DNA of 58,267 nt, taken from NCBI GenBank assembly GCA_013166775.1, contig JABLTJ010000021.1:1-58267 (forward strand), given 5' to 3'. A model generated the notes under the pieces. That model did no database searches. It was not told the origin of the DNA and worked only from the letters and a program-made list of their open reading frames with translations. Source of the stretch: Promethearchaeati archaeon (GTDB lineage Archaea; Asgardarchaeota; Heimdallarchaeia; Heimdallarchaeales; Heimdallarchaeaceae). Below are positions 40,651-51,078 of this stretch, in pieces. The position numbers and the translations under genes are program-made. Numbering within the stretch: position 1 is the first letter of the stretch; every line of letters starts with the position of its first letter.

Positions 40651-41652
40651 ATGGGGCATAGAAGGGTAAGTGCTCCCCATCGATCATCATTGGGATATCG
40701 AAGGGTAAGAGCAAAGAGAATAGTCCCTGCACCTCGAGCTTGGCAAAAATACGAGGGTGCACCCAAGTTATTAGGATTTCTTGGATTTAAGGCAGGGATG
40801 ACTCATTGTATATATATTGAAGATAAACCTCGCAGCCATCTTGTTAACAGAGAAGTAACAGTTGCTGTGACTTGTGTTGAAACACCACCTATGGTGGTTT
40901 TTGGTTTACGTGGTTATGCTAAAACACCTTATGGCTTGAAAATTGTTGGTGATATTCGAACAATGGAGCTCAAAGAGGAGTTAAGTAGAAGAGTAAAATC
41001 TCCAAAGAAGTATGATTTCAAAAAAACACAAAAGAATTTTGAAAAACAGCTAGAACAAATTGTGGAACTTAGAGCTGTAGTTCATACTCAGCCATACTTA
41101 ACAGGAATAGGTATGAAAACACCTAATATAGCAGAAATCAAAATAGGATGCTCTGATATCAAAGAAGGATTCGAATATGGAATGTCTCTATTGGGAAAAG
41201 AGGTACTAATTAGAGACGTATTCAAGACAGGAGAATTTGTTGATTCTGTAGGTGTAACTAAAGGTAAGGGTTTTCAGGGGCCAGTTAAAAGACATGGAGT
41301 AAAGATTTTACAACATAAATCAAAGGGAACCAAACGAGGTGTAGGCTCAATTGGTCCTTGGACTCCAGCTCGAACAATGTGGACAATACCTAGATACGGA
41401 CAAATGGGTTTTCATGTCAGAACAGAGTATAACAAGAGAGTTATGCAAATAGGATCTGATGGAACACAAATTGTTCCTGATGGAGGATTTGTTAAATATG
41501 GAATAGTAAAAAACAATTATGTTTTACTCAAAGGATCCATTCCAGGAACTAAGAAGAGAACAATTTTACTAAGAACCCCGATGAGAAAATCACCACAACC
41601 TGAAAAGGAGCCACAGGTACTCTTTGTTTCAACAAAGAGTCAACAAGGTTAG
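40651..41652 (+). CDS. rpl3: Ribosomal protein uL3
   Basis: GFKAGMTH, TKGKGFQGPVKR, GQMGFH.RT. Confidence 0.98.
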   Translation: MGHRRVSAPHRSSLGYRRVRAKRIVPAPRAWQKYEGAPKLLGFLGFKAGMTHCIYIEDKPRSHLVNREVTVAVTCVETPPMVVFGLRGYAKTPYGLKIVGDIRTMELKEELSRRVKSPKKYDFKKTQKNFEKQLEQIVELRAVVHTQPYLTGIGMKTPNIAEIKIGCSDIKEGFEYGMSLLGKEVLIRDVFKTGEFVDSVGVTKGKGFQGPVKRHGVKILQHKSKGTKRGVGSIGPWTPARTMWTIPRYGQMGFHVRTEYNKRVMQIGSDGTQIVPDGGFVKYGIVKNNYVLLKGSIPGTKKRTILLRTPMRKSPQPEKEPQVLFVSTKSQQG

Positions 41653-41668
41653 AATTGAGGAGATAAAA

Positions 41669-42460
41669 ATGAGCATATCATTATATTCAATTAAAGGTCA
41701 AAAAACAAGTGAAAAATTGGAATTACCAAATGTGTTTCAAACTCCACTAAGACCTGATATCATTAAAAGAGCAGTTTTAGCTGAACAAAGCTGGAAAAGA
41801 CAACCAAAAGGAGTAAGCCCTCAAGCAGGAAAATTAGTGTCTGTTGATAATTGGGGTCCAGGTAGAGGTGTAGCCAGAGTTCCTAGAATGAAAGGATCAG
41901 GTACACACAGTGCTCAAAGAACCGCATTTATCCCTCAAGCAAGAGGGGGACATAGAGCGCATCCTCCAAGATCTGAAAAACGGATAATTGAAAAAATTAA
42001 TAGAAAAGAACACTTATTGGCTCTTAAATCAGCAATCGCATATACTGGAAACAAAGAAGCCATTATTCTACGAGGGCATAGATTTGAGGAACAAATCGAA
42101 TTTCCAATAATTGTTGAATCTAAAGCTGAAGAAATTGAAAAAACAAAAGATGTAATAACACTCTTAGAAAAATTAGGGCTATCGCTTGATTTGATGAAAG
42201 TAAAACTGGGAAAGAAAATCCGTTCAGGAAAAGGAAAAGGAAGGGGGAGGAAATACAAAATCCCAGTAGGTCCATTAATTGTGGTAAGTAACGAAGAAAG
42301 TTCAATAGTTAAAGCTGGAAGGAATGTTTTAGGAACTCAAATAGTTAATGTCAATAAATTGACAACAGAACTATTAGCACCTGGCACCCATCCTGGAAGA
42401 CTAACTATATGGACGGAAGAAGCTATTAAAGCTCTAAATGAAAGGTTTGGTGATAAATAA
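41669..42460 (+). CDS. rpl4: Ribosomal protein uL4 (ATG after GAGGAG)
   Basis: RPDII, WGPGRGVARVPR, LLAPGTHPGRL. Confidence 0.97.
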   Translation: MSISLYSIKGQKTSEKLELPNVFQTPLRPDIIKRAVLAEQSWKRQPKGVSPQAGKLVSVDNWGPGRGVARVPRMKGSGTHSAQRTAFIPQARGGHRAHPPRSEKRIIEKINRKEHLLALKSAIAYTGNKEAIILRGHRFEEQIEFPIIVESKAEEIEKTKDVITLLEKLGLSLDLMKVKLGKKIRSGKGKGRGRKYKIPVGPLIVVSNEESSIVKAGRNVLGTQIVNVNKLTTELLAPGTHPGRLTIWTEEAIKALNERFGDK

Positions 42461-42720
42461 TGGATCCATATCAAGTAATTAAGAAACCGTTAATTTCAGA
42501 AAAAGCTTTCGAGCTAATTGAAAAAGAAAACAAATTAGTGATTGAAGTAAATCTAAAAGCTACTAAAAATCAGATAAAAGAAGCAATTGAAAAATTATAC
42601 AACGTAAAAGTAGAGAGCGTAAATACTTTGATTACACCAAAAGGGCAAAAGAAAGCATACGTCAGACTTAGTGATTTTGATGATGCAGCGGATATTGCTT
42701 CAAGAATGGGATTATTCTAA
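42460..42720 (+). CDS. rpl23: Ribosomal protein uL23
   Basis: PLISEKA, VNTLITPKGQKKAYVRL. Confidence 0.97.
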   Translation: MDPYQVIKKPLISEKAFELIEKENKLVIEVNLKATKNQIKEAIEKLYNVKVESVNTLITPKGQKKAYVRLSDFDDAADIASRMGLF

Positions 42721-42733
42721 GTAGGTGACTAAG

Positions 42734-43468
42734 ATGGGTAAGAAAATATTAGTTCAAAGAAGAGGTAGAGGAACTTCACAGTTCAGAGCAGCATCTCATA
42801 AGAAGAAAGGCAGCGTGAAATATAGGAAAATTTCTAAAATAGAATATAGTGGAAAAATAACCGGAGAAATTAAAGATATAGTACATGATCCAGGAAGAGG
42901 AGCACCTGTGGCTGTAGTTCTTTTTGAAGATAGTTCAAAGAAAATAATTTTACCATCTGAAGGCTTAAGAGTTGGTCAAATTATAGAATATGGTGCAACT
43001 GCCACTATAAATCTTGGAAGTACAATGCCTTTACAATCTATTCCTGACGGATCACCTGTTTTTAATATTGAGTTAACTCCAGGTGATGGGGGTCGTTTAA
43101 TTAGATCAAGTGGTGGTTATGCAACCATTTTAGGCCGTGATAAAGGAAAAGTTACACTGCAACTACCTAGTGGAGAAATGAAAGAAATTCCACAGCGATG
43201 TAGAGCTACAATAGGCATTGTTGCTGGTGGAGGAAGAACAGAAAAACCATTTGTAAAGGCAGGTACTAAACATCACCATAAAAAAGCAAAAGGCCACTAT
43301 TATCCAAAAGTAAGAGGAGTAGCAATGAATGCAGTATCTCATCCACATGGTGGTGGTGCACACCAAAGTCCACCTCGTTCAACTACTGTATCAAGGCATG
43401 CTCAACCAGGTAGAAAAGTTGGATTAATTGCTGCTAGAAGAAGTGGAAGAAGAAGAGGCAAAAAGTAA
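42734..43468 (+). CDS. rpl2: Ribosomal protein uL2
   Basis: QRRGRG, HDPGRGAP, RGVAMN..SHPHGGG. Confidence 0.98.
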   Translation: MGKKILVQRRGRGTSQFRAASHKKKGSVKYRKISKIEYSGKITGEIKDIVHDPGRGAPVAVVLFEDSSKKIILPSEGLRVGQIIEYGATATINLGSTMPLQSIPDGSPVFNIELTPGDGGRLIRSSGGYATILGRDKGKVTLQLPSGEMKEIPQRCRATIGIVAGGGRTEKPFVKAGTKHHHKKAKGHYYPKVRGVAMNAVSHPHGGGAHQSPPRSTTVSRHAQPGRKVGLIAARRSGRRRGKK

Positions 43469-43545
43469 TTTGCTTATTTTCTTAAATTATGAAAGAACTC
43501 AGTCATTAAAAGTAACAAGATTGATTTATACTAAAGGAGATTAAA

Positions 43546-44286
43546 ATGGGAACTAAAAAAATCTATGGGGAAGTTGAATTTATTTTCAAAAAAACTCAAA
43601 ATTTTGAGGGTTGTACCCTGCTTAATGGTTGGCATGGGATTGGTGAATGTGGTTTTATCTCGATGAGTCACATAGTTGATAATCTAAAAGCTGAACGAAT
43701 TGGTTTTATAATGACTAATAATATTCCACAATTCATAACAATAAAAAATGAACAAATAACATTTCCCTTTGAGATTTACAGAAAAGGCAATGTGGTAGTA
43801 ATTTTACCTATATTCGAACCAATAAAATCTGAACATTTGAAATTTACAAAACGAATAGTAGATTGGTCTATGGATGAGAAATTTGAACAAGCCATACTTG
43901 TTGGTGGTTTAGATAAGCGATTGGAAGATGACCACAACATGAAAGCAATATACACCAACGCTTATTTAGACAAAAAGAAAGAAACTGATGTACCAATTTT
44001 AAATGAGGGATTATATGTTACAGGACCTCTAGCTTATATGTTGATGTTCTATGAACTAAATTCATTTCCTGCAGTTTCACTACTGCCATATGCGGAAAGG
44101 TCAAGACCTGATCCTATTGCAGCTAGTGTTGCTGTTGAGAAGATAAATCATCTGTTGGCCATTGATGTAAATGTGAAGGAATTGCTTGAAGAAGCAGAAA
44201 AAATAGAGAAGGAAATCGAATCACTAATAAGAGCTAGCAGACCTACAGAAAGAGAAAATGATTCCGATAAGGGAATGTTTGTCTGA
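43546..44286 (+). CDS. Proteasome assembly chaperone, PAC2 family
   Basis: GWHGIGECG, GG, RPDPIAA, L.EEAE.IE tail. Confidence 0.85.
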   Translation: MGTKKIYGEVEFIFKKTQNFEGCTLLNGWHGIGECGFISMSHIVDNLKAERIGFIMTNNIPQFITIKNEQITFPFEIYRKGNVVVILPIFEPIKSEHLKFTKRIVDWSMDEKFEQAILVGGLDKRLEDDHNMKAIYTNAYLDKKKETDVPILNEGLYVTGPLAYMLMFYELNSFPAVSLLPYAERSRPDPIAASVAVEKINHLLAIDVNVKELLEEAEKIEKEIESLIRASRPTERENDSDKGMFV

Positions 44287-44313
44287 AATAACTTTATCTT
44301 AAAAGACTATAAA

Positions 44314-45432
44314 TTAAATTTCATAGTCTATTTCTTTATCTTTATCAACTGGCAAGTACTCTTCTGATATCGAAATATCAAAAGCGTGTCTGAATTTTTC
44401 TGATTCTTTTATGATTTTTTTAGTTATTTCTTCTAATTTTTCTGTTAATTCTTTTATTCCTGTTATATTCTTTAGAGAGATTGGAAATTCTATATCTAAA
44501 TCTCTTGAAATATTATCTTGTTCTTTTTCAGTTATAAGATCAATTTTATTGAGTACTTTAATAATAGGGGTATCAGGAAATTCATTAGTTATCTCTTCAA
44601 TAAGATTCAATTGTTCATTCAAGGGAATTGCAGCATCCTTGGATACATCAAACATGAATACAATAATATCAGAAACATATCGAATTGTTGCGATACTCTG
44701 ACGTTCTATCATACTCCTTTCCCTTATTGGTCTATCTAATATCCCCGGAGTGTCCACAATTTGAATCTTCATAAATCCTTGCTCTCTATGACCGAAAACA
44801 ACTTGTTTGGTTGTAAAAGGATACTCCCCTACCTCTGGGATACCAGAAGAAATCTCTCTCACAAGTGATGATTTACCTACATTGGGAGCTCCTGCAATAA
44901 CAATAGTTGGAAGTAAAACGTTGAAATCAGGGATTGTTTTTAGTTTTTTTACTATTCTTATCAAGTATTTGACATCTCCTTCAGCTTTTTTGATAAGAGA
45001 AGCAAATCTTCCTCCTGTTTCTCTTCGAATCTGTGCCATTTCGAGTGGATGTTCCGTTTGATACAATTTGATAAGCTGTTCCCTTTCTATATCTTTAATT
45101 TTTTGTGATATTCCCCCTAACCTACCTAGAACCCTTTTTATTTTGTCGACATTTCCAATTAAATTACATAACTCAAAGTAAAAAGGATGAATATCGTTAA
45201 TCCATGGAAATTGGTTGACAATTCTATCTAATCTATTTGTCATTTCAAGTGATAAGACAGATATTCTTTCTTTTTCAGCTTCTGCTATTTTCTCTTCTCT
45301 TGTTTGACGCTTTTTTGATGATTTTCTTCTGATACCAGTCGTTTTTTTAAAAGAAACAGATACAATCTCCGATATGGGTGAAATATAGCTTATTCTTCTA
45401 AAGGGATTTCCTGTTTGTTGATTTTTATTCAA
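44314..45432 (-). CDS. NOG1/GTPBP4-family ribosome biogenesis GTPase
   Basis: HPFY, GAPNVGKS, YPFTT, DTPGILDRP..ER..IE, NKID; start codon uncertain. Confidence 0.93.
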   Translation of the reverse strand: MNKNQQTGNPFRRISYISPISEIVSVSFKKTTGIRRKSSKKRQTREEKIAEAEKERISVLSLEMTNRLDRIVNQFPWINDIHPFYFELCNLIGNVDKIKRVLGRLGGISQKIKDIEREQLIKLYQTEHPLEMAQIRRETGGRFASLIKKAEGDVKYLIRIVKKLKTIPDFNVLLPTIVIAGAPNVGKSSLVREISSGIPEVGEYPFTTKQVVFGHREQGFMKIQIVDTPGILDRPIRERSMIERQSIATIRYVSDIIVFMFDVSKDAAIPLNEQLNLIEEITNEFPDTPIIKVLNKIDLITEKEQDNISRDLDIEFPISLKNITGIKELTEKLEEITKKIIKESEKFRHAFDISISEEYLPVDKDKEIDYEI

Positions 45433-45446
45433 AAAGAATCATCCTC

Positions 45447-46556
45447 TTAATCTAGAACCGATAAATCAATTTCGTGATCAAAGTATTTTTCTAGATTCTT
45501 AATAACTTTTTTCTTTCTGATATTATGTTGTTCTTGGTGGTTTAATATCATTTCTATTAGTCTTGGTTTACAATCTAAACCACATATCAACTCACCATCT
45601 TTGCAACCTTTACGTACTTCACTCAATTCCTTATCATCTCTCACGAAATACTTCTCAAACCAATCATAAATGGTGCAAATATCAGGATCTGCACCTAAAT
45701 TTCGTTGTTCTTTTATTGTGGTTCTGCCACCAGTAAGAGCATCCATAATTTTCCTCTTAATCGTTTTTGCATCATCATTTAAGAAAACACAACTTTCAGG
45801 AGCAGAAGAAGACATTGGTTTTCCTGTTAATCCTTTTAAGAATCTAATATATAGTGATGCAGGAGAATAGATTTTTCTTTTTCTAGCAATATCTCTTGTT
45901 AACCTGATAAACACATCTTGATCAAGTCCAACAGGAACTACAACTGGTAGACTATAATCTGTTGTGGGATGAAGAATATGTGCCGCCTGAATGCAAGAAT
46001 AAAAAACAGTGCCTGCATTTTCTTCTCCGGTTAATCCAAGAGCGGATTTTATTGTGTTATACGTTTGATTTACTGAAAAACTTAAAGCTAAATACTGAAT
46101 TCGAGGTGTTATACTCGATATGTATGCATGAACCTTATTTGGTTTGAATCCAAGTGCAAAAATATCTACCGCGTTTTCTAATGATAATTTATATGTTTCA
46201 TTTAAACTATCAACTTTCCGAAAAACATATTTTTCATCATCCGAAAGCGGAAGAAAAAAGTCACAATCGTACTTTTCTTGAATGAAGCGGATTAGCTCAA
46301 ACAGAATAAAATGACCATAGTGCAAATCACTCGATGGACCACGACCACTGATAATTGCAAAATTCTTATTTTGTTCTGTTCTATCAAGTATTTTGTTAAA
46401 ATCTCTATGAGCAAAAACCACATTTCTTCGAAAAAATAAGTGCTCTTTTCCTATTCTAGGTAATACTTTATCGATCTTGGAAATCCCAAACTCCTCAAGA
46501 ATTCTATCATAATCTGTTTTTTTCTCAATATCTTGGATTTCATTTTCTGTATTCAT
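45447..46556 (-). CDS. trpS: Tryptophanyl-tRNA synthetase (ATG after SD GGTGA)
   Basis: FAHRDF, SGRGPSS.LHYGH (HIGH), GLDQD, MSSS (KMSKS), LTGGR. Confidence 0.95.
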   Translation of the reverse strand: MNTENEIQDIEKKTDYDRILEEFGISKIDKVLPRIGKEHLFFRRNVVFAHRDFNKILDRTEQNKNFAIISGRGPSSDLHYGHFILFELIRFIQEKYDCDFFLPLSDDEKYVFRKVDSLNETYKLSLENAVDIFALGFKPNKVHAYISSITPRIQYLALSFSVNQTYNTIKSALGLTGEENAGTVFYSCIQAAHILHPTTDYSLPVVVPVGLDQDVFIRLTRDIARKRKIYSPASLYIRFLKGLTGKPMSSSAPESCVFLNDDAKTIKRKIMDALTGGRTTIKEQRNLGADPDICTIYDWFEKYFVRDDKELSEVRKGCKDGELICGLDCKPRLIEMILNHQEQHNIRKKKVIKNLEKYFDHEIDLSVLD

Positions 46557-46575
46557 GTAAATCACCTTTTCCAAT

Positions 46576-46684
46576 TGAAAAATAAAGAAACCTCAGAGTA
46601 TTTTGATCTGGACTGCACCCTACCTTATTGTTATTAGGGTAAAAATCATAGCTGGTTAATTCCAGTCCAATTAATCACTCTCAT
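46576..46684 (-). promoter_or_regulatory. Structured trpS leader with a 12-aa Trp-containing uORF (46646..46684, MRVINWTGINQL) and a U-rich tract
   Basis: UGGACUG/CAGUCCA stem overlapping the Trp codon, UACCCUA/UAGGGUG hairpin, competing CUGG/CCAG hairpin, UUUCUUUAUUUUUC tract. Confidence 0.55.
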
Positions 46685-46871
46685 TGTTTTTTTGGAAAAA
46701 ATAATTTATAAGAATATCGTCTAATAACTTACGATTTTCAGAATACACAGAATTAAACAAAAACCATTCTAGACTATCGTATTTTAGATTTCTCTGTGTT
46801 TAAATATTCTACTATAATTAAAATCAATGAGATTAAAGAATTACAAAGTAAAAAAAAGTTGAAGGATTTTA

Positions 46872-48272
46872 ATGGCAGTAAAAAATACTAAGAAGTTTGT
46901 TATCCCTTTAGAATGGAAGCAACAAGATAGTAAAATAAGTATAAATGTACTGGAAATCAAATACAGTGATAGTATAGGAGTATCTAGCTTACTAAATGAA
47001 TTATGTTCAAAAAATGTTGCTTTTTCCCTTAAATTTGATACAAAGAAACAGTATCTTATACTCTACAACTTTTTTATTAAGGAAGCTGATATAGAGAGAA
47101 GAAAAGATTTAATCAAGCATTTGAAAAAAACATACACCCTTCAGGATTTAACAAATGCAACTTCAATATTTATCCCTGAAATTAAAAAGATAGATCAAGA
47201 AGATTCGGTTTTAAAATTAAAGCTAACAAATAACAACAATCAATTCTCTTTTGCTTGTATACTCTCCTCTATTAATTCAGGATCCCATAATTTAAAGAAG
47301 AAGATAACACATTTTATTACTGATTTACTACAAGCAGAAATCTTCTCCATCGTTCTTTCACACATTCCTTCATACCGTAAAGGTGGTCAAATATTGCCAA
47401 AATGGGGAATGTTGTTAATATCCAAATCCTCTAACTTTGATGAAGTTTCGAAGAAAAGAGAACAATTTCTCCGTTATCTCAAAACTAGTTCAACAAAACT
47501 AAATTGTAAGCTTACATTAATTTCAAAGAAAGCAATTGCTAAACACGAGGTTAATTTCCGTTTTTATGTTCCTTGGATAAAACATGAAGGCTTATTTCTA
47601 GATTTAATTAATATTGACCAGCTATTAAGAGCAAGAAAAACAAAAATAGCGGAAAGCATAGAAAGAAAATCGAGTGGTATATCACTAAAAATCCCTCAAC
47701 AAAAAACACAAAAGAAACCTAGCTTAAAGAGCATTTCTTTGTTTAAACCCTTTCCATCAGCAAAAGAGCTAAGTGCTACAGTTGAGATCTCAGATAATAA
47801 TATGCTTGCAGAATCCCCTTCTACCAATTTGATGAATAATAAGAAAATAGAAGAAATTCCAGCACCTAGTAATTTGGATGATCTTACTATTCCGTTACCA
47901 AGAACAGTTAATACGACCTTCGATGCAGAATATCTTAAGGTACGAATAAATAAAGTCTTCAAAGAATTTGATTTTAAGGAAACAGTAATTTTCGAAGATT
48001 CATTTGATTTAGTGCTTCGAAAGGAATCATTCTATATTTTTGTTAAATTCTACCAAGACATACTAAATCAAACCCATGCTTATGAAATAGTTGATATTCT
48101 CAGTTCTATAGCAGGTTTAAGGAATGATTTTTTGTGTGTTGTAGTTGCTGATGTTGTAGAAGAAGGATCGAAAAATGTGTTGCATGAATTCAATATTCTC
48201 CATCTAACACTAAATGATGTTCTTTTGAATGACGCCTTAAAAACTAAAATATACAACACAATTCTTGCTTAA
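46872..48272 (+). CDS. Hypothetical protein with a possible degenerate PD-(D/E)xK/Mrr-like C-terminal domain
   Basis: FDLVLRK..YIFVK pattern after a Pro/Ser/Lys-rich linker. Confidence 0.5.
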   Translation: MAVKNTKKFVIPLEWKQQDSKISINVLEIKYSDSIGVSSLLNELCSKNVAFSLKFDTKKQYLILYNFFIKEADIERRKDLIKHLKKTYTLQDLTNATSIFIPEIKKIDQEDSVLKLKLTNNNNQFSFACILSSINSGSHNLKKKITHFITDLLQAEIFSIVLSHIPSYRKGGQILPKWGMLLISKSSNFDEVSKKREQFLRYLKTSSTKLNCKLTLISKKAIAKHEVNFRFYVPWIKHEGLFLDLINIDQLLRARKTKIAESIERKSSGISLKIPQQKTQKKPSLKSISLFKPFPSAKELSATVEISDNNMLAESPSTNLMNNKKIEEIPAPSNLDDLTIPLPRTVNTTFDAEYLKVRINKVFKEFDFKETVIFEDSFDLVLRKESFYIFVKFYQDILNQTHAYEIVDILSSIAGLRNDFLCVVVADVVEEGSKNVLHEFNILHLTLNDVLLNDALKTKIYNTILA

Positions 48273-48429
48273 GAATAATTTCAAGGCTTATTAGAATAAT
48301 GATAATTAATTTAGATTCTTCTGTGAAGCTCTTACAATTGCTGATTAGTTTCGATTTTTATCTAAAAAATTCAAAACAATGCTTCCGTATTACAGAAACT
48401 TTTCAGTAATGTGAAAAGAATTAATAGCT

Positions 48430-48822
48430 ATGGGGGAAAAAGAATCCAAAATAAATTCTTATATTGCTGGTGTTGTTCAGAAATATTTACCAAAACATGA
48501 GGAAATTATCCACAGTGGGATTTTTCTTGTTCTATCCAAAGAAGAAGGTTTAGAACTCCCTGATTGGTATTATAATGGTTATTCAGTAATTTCGGAAACC
48601 ATTTCATGTTTCCTGCAAAACCTCTGTAAAAGTAGAACCGTAACGTTTTCTGGTGATGGTTTATATCAAATAACAGTTGACGATGAAGTAATTTCTGCTG
48701 AAGATTTAGAGAAGGCAACACAAAATTTGGAGATGTTCTTAGCAGATTATGAGACCGGAATTCAAATAGTTAAAGAAGCAAACAGAGTTTTTAAGTCAAG
48801 TAGCATTGGTGTAGTTGGTTGA
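48430..48822 (+). CDS. Hypothetical 130-aa protein (possible YwgA/Panacea-like winged helix)
   Basis: IFLVL...WYYNGYS...L..L...YQIT pattern. Confidence 0.5.
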   Translation: MGEKESKINSYIAGVVQKYLPKHEEIIHSGIFLVLSKEEGLELPDWYYNGYSVISETISCFLQNLCKSRTVTFSGDGLYQITVDDEVISAEDLEKATQNLEMFLADYETGIQIVKEANRVFKSSSIGVVG

Positions 48823-48827
48823 AATTT

Positions 48828-50204
48828 CTAATATGAAGTTACTGATACATCGGGTTCTTTATCATCGGCTTTAGGTCTAATTTCATCCCAAATCTTCTTA
48901 ATTGTGTCTGCTTCATCTGGGTTTGCATAAACTCTAACAAGTGTAAATAACGAACGATAAGCTTTTGGACCGGAGAAAGTGGTTATATATGTTGTAGTGT
49001 TCAATGCCTCGTTTAATGTGAAAGAATTAGTTCCAAATTTAATGCGATTGTAAGGATCATAGATGTAGATATTGGATGCTTGAAATTCTTGCTCATTAAT
49101 TGTTGATAATTTATAGGTTGAATCTATCTTCATTTTGTTTTCCAGAACTATGTTGTTTTCATTACAGTATTGCTCAACCTTCTTGATGAAAGATTCCTCT
49201 GCAGTCAATTTACATAATCCTTCAACAGTTATGCCTAGATTTTCTGCAGTAGATTCATCAATAATCTTCTCGAATACGGATTTGTATAATCGTCTATTAA
49301 ATAAATCCTTAACGAGTGATCTTGCTTTTGCAAGTTCTTCTGATTTACTTGAGAAAATCTCTCCGACTAATGAGTATTCATTAAGATAAGTATACTCATC
49401 GAGATCATGAGTACGTTCTATTAAATTCAATGGTCCACAAGCTTCTCTTAACATCTCGTGTATTGTGATATCAGCTGCACGGGACGTTTTATGAAAATAC
49501 ACATTCTTATACTCGAAGAAACGACCAATAAGTGATGAGTAGATATCATCTAAACACTTCCAATTATAATGAATAGCATCTTTATCAAGATGTTTCTGTA
49601 TTGTGGTGTTGTTGATTATCCTATTAACAGCTATGATACCAAAATGTAATGTTCCTGCAAAGAAAGAATCTCTCAACATAAAATCTAATCTATCAGCACC
49701 CAATGCTCCTTGAATTAAAGGATGTAGGAGATAGTTTTTACCTTCCCAAATATCCATTAATGCTTGTGGTTTAGTGAATTCCTCTATTGTAGGACGTAAA
49801 CTATCTGATTTAATCATTTTATCTCTATGTACATCATGTCCGTGTGGTGCATCAGGATAAACACGTTTAAAGACAACATCATCATATGTATGACTGAAGG
49901 GCCCGTGACCAATATCATGTAGAAGAGCTGCTAAACGAGCTAATTGAGTTTTTTCAACTACATCATCGTCTTCCCTAAAAACTTCTTCTGCATATTTTCC
50001 TGCTAAATACATAACCCCAACGCTGTGAGTAAATCTAGAATGTGTTGCTGAAGGGTATACTTGTCTAACACCAGATAATTGACTAATCCATCTTAATCTT
50101 TGGAAAATAGGTGAATCAATAATTCTATTTTCCAGTTCTGTCATGCGTATTTCATCATAGATTGGATCACGAATTGTACGAACAAAGTTTAGAACGTCTC
50201 TCAT
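48828..50204 (-). CDS. HD-domain phosphohydrolase (SAMHD1/YwfO-like dNTPase)
   Basis: IRDPIY, FQRLR.I.QL, HSRFTHS.G, LLHDIGHGPFSH, ADRLDF..RD. Confidence 0.93.
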   Translation of the reverse strand: MRDVLNFVRTIRDPIYDEIRMTELENRIIDSPIFQRLRWISQLSGVRQVYPSATHSRFTHSVGVMYLAGKYAEEVFREDDDVVEKTQLARLAALLHDIGHGPFSHTYDDVVFKRVYPDAPHGHDVHRDKMIKSDSLRPTIEEFTKPQALMDIWEGKNYLLHPLIQGALGADRLDFMLRDSFFAGTLHFGIIAVNRIINNTTIQKHLDKDAIHYNWKCLDDIYSSLIGRFFEYKNVYFHKTSRAADITIHEMLREACGPLNLIERTHDLDEYTYLNEYSLVGEIFSSKSEELAKARSLVKDLFNRRLYKSVFEKIIDESTAENLGITVEGLCKLTAEESFIKKVEQYCNENNIVLENKMKIDSTYKLSTINEQEFQASNIYIYDPYNRIKFGTNSFTLNEALNTTTYITTFSGPKAYRSLFTLVRVYANPDEADTIKKIWDEIRPKADDKEPDVSVTSY

Positions 50205-50345
50205 AATGAATCCTCGCTATTATGTATATTTATTTAATATTATAATTATTTAATCTTTCCGCTTTTAACTAAAATTACGACAAAAACGGTATTATTCACC
50301 TTTTCACTAAAAATGGTGATGATTTGTCTTCAAAAAAAGTTTTTG

Positions 50346-50422
50346 TGGTGGACCGACCGGGATTTGAACCCGGGGCCACTTCGTTGCGAACGAAGCGATC
50401 TACCAGGCTGATCTATCGGCCC
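50346..50422 (-). tRNA. tRNA-Ala(CGC), CCA encoded
   Basis: GGGCCGA acceptor with G3:U70; CTTCG-TTCGCAA-CGAAG. Confidence 0.95.
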
Positions 50423-50529
50423 AGATAAAACTAAAACTCAATCAGTAAAGAGTTTATTAAACTTTGTTTAATTAAAATAAATTCATTATATGGTCACAAA
50501 TAAAGGAAAATAAGGGGGAATTTACAGAA

Positions 50530-50943
50530 TCATCCTGGACTTTTAACTCGCATGATCTTTCTTCTACCTATTACATTCCAATATTCAACTTCAGCACCCT
50601 CTTGAATTAGGTTTTTCAAATCTTCTTCTGGTGGTAGCGCTGATTCGAAGGTATCGTATGTTTCAAGATCCATTAATTGAACACTATCTCCACCTAAAGA
50701 GATAATTTGTGCGTTTCTCTTATCGATAATTGGAGCTTGCATTTTCAGATCACCAGGAACAGAAATTTCTGTTTTGCTTCCTGTAAAGATGTTTTCAATC
50801 TTGATTCTACACTTTGCATGTCCGTGTTTTCCAGTTTTTGATTTCTCAATTCCACGAACTAGGTAAACTTCATCATTATGAACAATGTGAAACCCCTCTT
50901 TGATTTGTCCTGCTTTAACGGGTTTGATATCCTGTTCTGACAT
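50530..50943 (-). CDS. eif5a: Translation factor aIF5A
   Basis: SKTGKHGHAK hypusination motif. Confidence 0.97.
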   Translation of the reverse strand: MSEQDIKPVKAGQIKEGFHIVHNDEVYLVRGIEKSKTGKHGHAKCRIKIENIFTGSKTEISVPGDLKMQAPIIDKRNAQIISLGGDSVQLMDLETYDTFESALPPEEDLKNLIQEGAEVEYWNVIGRRKIMRVKSPG

Positions 50944-51078
50944 AATTATCTCCTTTTTTATCTCTATTAATATAATTGCAATTAAAGTCTATTTAAAGGA
51001 TTTTGGTTATTATCTAGGATAATAAATTGGTTGAACAAAAAAATCCGAACAATTTTGTATCTTTAAGACACGATTTTT

